NCBI RefSeq assembly: GCF_003334305.1
Contig: NZ_QOWS01000020.1
Reading direction: 5' to 3' (one strand)
Source of the DNA: Escherichia coli
GTDB lineage: Bacteria > Pseudomonadota > Gammaproteobacteria > Enterobacterales > Enterobacteriaceae
Length of the DNA: 64,000 nucleotides
The notes under the pieces are model-generated. The model ran no database searches. It saw only the letters and a program-made list of their open reading frames with translations, and was not told the origin of the DNA. A program made the translations under genes and the position numbers. The first letter of the stretch is position 1, and each line of letters opens with the position of its first letter. Of the stretch, positions 58,847 through 64,000 are shown in pieces.

Positions 58847-59365
58847 TTCTTTGACCGATTGTTGTTCACAGCGAAACAGTAACGCGCATATCGCATTGTT
58901 TATTGTTTTTTCTAACATCTAATGCCGGGTTTCACAATGTTGTCATGACGAATGTGGCGATTTCTCAGCAGGAAAAGGGCGGAATAGCTTTCTGAGAAAG
59001 GTGAATCCCCCTAAACAGAGCGTATTTTTCAGCGATTCCCTTTAAAGTGAATAGAGGACGTGTTGGCTATTTGTGCTTATTTTTGTCTCATTGCCGTTTG
59101 TTATTTTTGCTTGTGGTCGCGGAGTTTCATTTTTAATTGCATGCGTACTAACCACCAATATAAGGAAATCCTCAAAATTGTTTTAAATAGTGCCCTCGAC
59201 ATGTAATTTCAGGCGTTTAGCTGTAACTATTTATATCGGTAACTATTTTCTACGCGTCATCTCTGTAGAATGGCCACCGCCAAATGGCGAATTCTTATTT
59301 TTTCTCGCGGGTAATACCCTTCCACTACTTAAGTCTTTTTAACGTATTCAGGTGGAGATTCAGTT

Positions 59366-59968
59366 ATGCAAATAGTCATGTTTGACAGGCAGTCAATATT
59401 TATTCATGGAATGAAAATCAGTTTACAGCAGCGTATTCCAGGAGTGAGTATTCAGGGGGCCAGTCAGGCAGACGAGTTATGGCAAAAGCTGGAAAGTTAC
59501 CCTGAAGCCTTAGTTATGCTCGATGGCGATCAGGATGGTGAGTTTTGCTACTGGTTGCTGCAAAAAACCGTGGTGCAGTTTCCTGAGGTTAAGGTGTTAA
59601 TCACGGCGACGGATTGCAATAAACGGTGGTTACAGGAAGTTATCCATTTTAATGTGCTGGCCATTGTGCCTCGTGATTCAACCGTCGAGACATTTGCGTT
59701 GGCGGTAAATAGTGCGGCGATGGGGATGATGTTTCTGCCTGGAGACTGGCGGACGACGCCGGAAAAGGACATTAAAGATCTCAAATCGTTAAGCGCCCGC
59801 CAGCGGGAGATTTTAACCATGTTAGCGGCGGGCGAATCAAATAAGGAGATCGGCAGAGCGCTGAATATCAGTACCGGAACGGTAAAAGCGCATCTGGAAT
59901 CCCTGTATCGCCGTCTGGAAGTGAAAAATCGCACCCAGGCGGCAATGATGTTAAATATCTCCTCCTGA
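59366..59968 (+). CDS. yhjB: LuxR/FixJ-family response-regulator-like protein YhjB (200 aa)
   Basis: C-terminal LuxR HTH (LSARQREILTMLAAGESNKEIGRALNISTGTVKAHL). Confidence 0.88.
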   Translation: MQIVMFDRQSIFIHGMKISLQQRIPGVSIQGASQADELWQKLESYPEALVMLDGDQDGEFCYWLLQKTVVQFPEVKVLITATDCNKRWLQEVIHFNVLAIVPRDSTVETFALAVNSAAMGMMFLPGDWRTTPEKDIKDLKSLSARQREILTMLAAGESNKEIGRALNISTGTVKAHLESLYRRLEVKNRTQAAMMLNISS

Positions 59969-59976
59969 AGAGGATA

Positions 59977-60017
59977 ATTTTACAGCCAGCAGGAAGTTAG
60001 CGGCTGGCTGTAAAAAT
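59977..60017. terminator. bidirectional terminator between convergent yhjB and treF
   Basis: TTTT-ACAGCCAGC...GCTGGCTGT-AAAAA: hairpin flanked by T-run on one side and A-run on the other. Confidence 0.7.
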
Positions 60018-60018
60018 A

Positions 60019-61698
<1,680 letters not shown>

Positions 61699-61951
61699 TT
61701 ATCGGGCTTTTCTTTAAGGGTAGTCATTCGCTCCGCCTGGTGGGCGACAAAGCGTGCGGTGGATCACGTTTATTAACCTGTCAAAAAATATAACGCACTA
61801 ATATCCATGGAATTTATAAAAATACGGATTTCGTGTTGTTTTTCATTTTCAGAACATTCAATCCTGCTCTCGCCGCAATCATGATATGCCATTCCTGATC
61901 TGGGTAATAGGCACAGGCTATCTTATTGATAGTTTATATTCATGTAATTGA

Positions 61952-61965
61952 TTGATTCCTATCAA
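61952..61965 (+). promoter_or_regulatory. FNR-type box upstream of yhjA
   Basis: TTGATTCCTATCAA, a perfect TTGAT-N4-ATCAA palindrome ~110 bp upstream of the yhjA ATG. Confidence 0.65.
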
Positions 61966-62072
61966 AAAGCGTATCTCCCTGTTTTTTATGATGGCTTTGT
62001 CTCGCAGAGACGTTTGCAGCATTCTGGAAAATTTTCTGGGTCACAATAACTCACCACCGTGAGGGAAGAATA

Positions 62073-63470
62073 ATGAAAATGGTCTCACGTATTACCGCGA
62101 TCGGCCTGGCTGGCGTCGCGATTTGCTATTTAGGGTTATCTGGTTATGTGTGGTACGACGATAATAAACGCAGTAAACAGGCCGATGTTCAGGCATCTGC
62201 TGTCAGTGAAAATAATAAGGTTTTAGGCTTTCTCCGCGAAAAAGGATGCGACTATTGCCACACACCTTCGGCAGAATTACCCGCCTATTATTATATTCCT
62301 GGCGCGAAACAGTTGATGGATTACGACATTAAGCTTGGATATAAATCTTTTAACCTCGAGGCCGTGCGTGCGGCACTGCTGGCTGATAAACCCGTTTCGC
62401 AAAGCGATCTGAATAAGATTGAATGGGTGATGCAGTATGAAACTATGCCACCAACGCGTTATACCGCGCTACACTGGGCGGGTAAGGTGAGTGATGAAGA
62501 GCGGGCGGAAATACTGGCCTGGATTGCAAAACAGCGCGCGGAATATTACGCCAGCAATGATACTGCTCCGGAGCATCGCAATGAACCGGTGCAGCCCATC
62601 CCGCAAAAACTGCCTACCGATGCGCAAAAAGTGGCGTTGGGCTTTGCGCTGTATCACGATCCCCGTTTATCGGCTGATAGCACCATTTCATGCGCTCATT
62701 GCCATGCGTTGAATGCGGGGGGCGTCGATGGCAGAAAAACATCGATTGGTGTTGGTGGCGCAGTTGGGCCGATTAACGCGCCGACGGTATTTAACTCAGT
62801 ATTTAACGTTGAGCAGTTCTGGGATGGTCGTGCGGCAACATTGCAGGATCAGGCAGGTGGACCGCCGTTGAACCCGATTGAAATGGCGTCGAAATCCTGG
62901 GACGAAATTATTGCTAAGCTGGAAAAAGATCCGCAGCTTAAAGCGCAGTTCCTCGAAGTTTATCCGCAAGGTTTCAGTGGCGAAAATATTACTGATGCCA
63001 TTGCTGAATTTGAGAAAACATTAATTACGCCGGATTCCCCATTTGATAAATGGTTGCGTGGAGATGAAAATGCGCTGACGGCGCAACAGAAAAAAGGCTA
63101 TCAATTATTTAAAGATAATAAATGTGCAACTTGTCATGGTGGTATTATTCTCGGCGGACGTTCCTTTGAACCGTTGGGGCTGAAAAAAGACTTTAACTTT
63201 GGGGAAATTACGGCGGCGGATATTGGTCGTATGAATGTGACTAAAGAAGAGCGTGATAAATTGCGTCAGAAAGTACCCGGTTTACGTAACGTTGCTTTAA
63301 CGGCACCGTACTTCCATCGCGGTGACGTGCCGACGCTGGACGGGGCGGTGAAACTGATGCTGCGCTATCAGGTAGGCAAAGAGCTGCCGCAGGAGGATGT
63401 GGATGATATCGTAGCTTTCCTGCACAGTCTGAACGGGGTGTACACGCCGTATATGCAGGATAAACAATAA
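62073..63470 (+). CDS. yhjA: tri-haem cytochrome c peroxidase YhjA / CcpA (465 aa)
   Basis: Three CxxCH haem-binding motifs (CDYCH, CAHCH, CATCH); N-terminal membrane anchor. Confidence 0.93.
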   Translation: MKMVSRITAIGLAGVAICYLGLSGYVWYDDNKRSKQADVQASAVSENNKVLGFLREKGCDYCHTPSAELPAYYYIPGAKQLMDYDIKLGYKSFNLEAVRAALLADKPVSQSDLNKIEWVMQYETMPPTRYTALHWAGKVSDEERAEILAWIAKQRAEYYASNDTAPEHRNEPVQPIPQKLPTDAQKVALGFALYHDPRLSADSTISCAHCHALNAGGVDGRKTSIGVGGAVGPINAPTVFNSVFNVEQFWDGRAATLQDQAGGPPLNPIEMASKSWDEIIAKLEKDPQLKAQFLEVYPQGFSGENITDAIAEFEKTLITPDSPFDKWLRGDENALTAQQKKGYQLFKDNKCATCHGGIILGGRSFEPLGLKKDFNFGEITAADIGRMNVTKEERDKLRQKVPGLRNVALTAPYFHRGDVPTLDGAVKLMLRYQVGKELPQEDVDDIVAFLHSLNGVYTPYMQDKQ

Positions 63471-63478
63471 TTAATTTG

Positions 63479-63512
63479 ATCGCCCGAACAGGAATGTTTG
63501 GGCGATTTTTAT
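63479..63512 (+). terminator. rho-independent terminator of yhjA
   Basis: CGCCCGAACAGGAATGTTTGGGCG hairpin followed by ATTTTTATT. Confidence 0.75.
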
Positions 63513-63581
63513 TACGATAATAAAGTCTGTTTTTAATATTATCATGTTAAATGTTTATATTATAAAAAGTCGTTTTTCTGC

Positions 63582-63601
63582 TTAGGATTTTGTTATTTAA
63601 A
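63582..63601 (+). promoter_or_regulatory. GAD box (GadE-binding site) of the gadA promoter
   Basis: Exact 20-mer TTAGGATTTTGTTATTTAAA ~80 bp upstream of the gadA ATG. Confidence 0.8.
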
Positions 63602-63680
63602 TTAAGCCTGTAATGCCTTGCTTCCATTGCGGATAAATCCTACTTTTTTATTGCCTTCAAATAAATTTAAGGAGTTCGAA

Positions 63681-64000
63681 ATGGACCAGAAGCTGTTAAC
63701 GGATTTCCGCTCAGAACTACTCGATTCACGTTTTGGCGCAAAGGCCATTTCTACTATCGCGGAGTCAAAACGATTTCCGCTGCACGAAATGCGCGATGAT
63801 GTCGCATTCCAGATTATCAATGATGAATTATATCTTGATGGCAACGCTCGTCAGAACCTGGCCACTTTCTGCCAGACCTGGGACGACGAAAACGTCCATA
63901 AATTGATGGATTTGTCGATCAATAAAAACTGGATCGACAAAGAAGAATATCCGCAATCCGCAGCCATCGACCTGCGTTGCGTAAATATGGTTGCCGATCT
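63681..64000 (+). CDS. gadA: glutamate decarboxylase alpha, N-terminal part (continues beyond window end)
   Basis: [78 protein letters not shown]...; called gadA rather than gadB from its position next to yhjA. Confidence 0.88.

Overview
This 64 kb window reads as a contiguous stretch of Escherichia coli core chromosome, in reverse-complement orientation relative to K-12 numbering. Gene order is xylG(partial)-xylF / xylAB - yiaBA - wecH - ysaB - glyQS - mokA/hokA/sokA - cspA - yiaG - yiaF - ghrB - yiaD - bisC - yiaC - tag - yhjY - yhjX - eptB - proK - dppABCDF - yhjV - two ldr/rdl units - bcsGFE / bcsRQABZC - pdeK - dctA - yhjJ - kdgK - pdeH - yhjG - yhjE - yhjD - yhjC - yhjB - treF - yhjA - gadA(partial). 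Identifications rest on reading the translated ORFs against remembered protein families and E. coli synteny; no database search was run. I see no prophage, IS element, CRISPR array, integron or obvious foreign island, and no convincing previously undescribed system. The most notable points are strain-level differences from K-12 as I recall it: two tandem Ldr/Rdl type I toxin-antitoxin units where K-12 has one, a hokA locus without IS150 whose hok frame reads through the expected stop, and an intact bcsQ giving a complete cellulose locus. Track ORFs with long N-terminal extensions were trimmed to internal start codons matching remembered protein N-termini and lengths.
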